A stretch of 59,177 nt of DNA, the filler included. It is 3 parts of 3 records of this genome, joined end to end, with 100 filler letters (N's around TTAATTAATTAA, not from the genome) between each part and the next. Parts side by side here need not be neighbours in the genome. Positions count along the whole stretch, not along the records: positions 40,721 to 59,177 come from SRR31156797_10046; 2 more parts are not named here. One strand, given 5' to 3'. Made by a program: the position numbers and the translations under genes. Below, in pieces: positions 59,083 to 59,177 of this stretch. The notes beneath the pieces are model-generated. The model was not told the DNA's origin. It saw only the letters and a list, made by a program, of their open reading frames with translations, and searched no databases. Position 1 is the first letter of the stretch. Each line of letters opens with the position of its first letter.

Positions 59083-59177
59083 ATTTTCTCCTTGTAGGGG
59101 GATTAAAAAAGGAGTTTCAAAACATCAGTCGCCTATTAGGACGAGTGAAAAAAAGTAATGACTAGGGAAAAGACAAT

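Overview
This is an AT-rich Campylobacterota window (Arcobacteraceae/Campylobacterales-like, inferred from gene content). It is three contigs joined by artificial 100-bp N44-TTAATTAATTAA-N44 linkers at 30657-30756 and 40621-40720. Contig 1 (1-30656) carries acnA and a ModE-regulated modE-modA-mop-modB...modC operon, interrupted by an AAA-ATPase, a PD-(D/E)XK protein, a decayed PemK/MazF-like gene and a convergent small RNA candidate. It also carries an AraC-MipA-CPBP cassette, mutY, a Zur-box-controlled OMP+ZnuA pair, a second modAB-modD operon and a CheY-CheC-GGDEF module. A sigma54-promoted nif-accessory run follows (33-aa peptide, aldo/keto reductase, SdhA/NadB-like flavoprotein, nifT, nifA, Cys-less redoxin), then radC, a promoter-bounded structured RNA candidate, and hsdM-fic with a truncated hsdS. 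Contig 2 (30757-40620) carries the end of a Hox NAD-linked hydrogenase operon (hoxU'YH plus protease). This is followed by the most striking element: a group-1b-derived [NiFe]-hydrogenase whose small subunit is fused to a NirB-like FAD/NAD(P) reductase and a BFD [2Fe-2S] domain. It retains a fossil Tat peptide and has no membrane anchor. An NlpC/P60 lipoprotein and an HD-GYP protein follow. Contig 3 (40721-59177) has visibly different codon usage and carries rnc, aroC, ynfA, an atypical RcnR/CsoR-CDF pair and a Fur/AraC-controlled xenosiderophore uptake island (3 AraC + 3 TonB receptors, YbtPQX-like transporters). All calls come from reading motifs by eye; no database searches were run.
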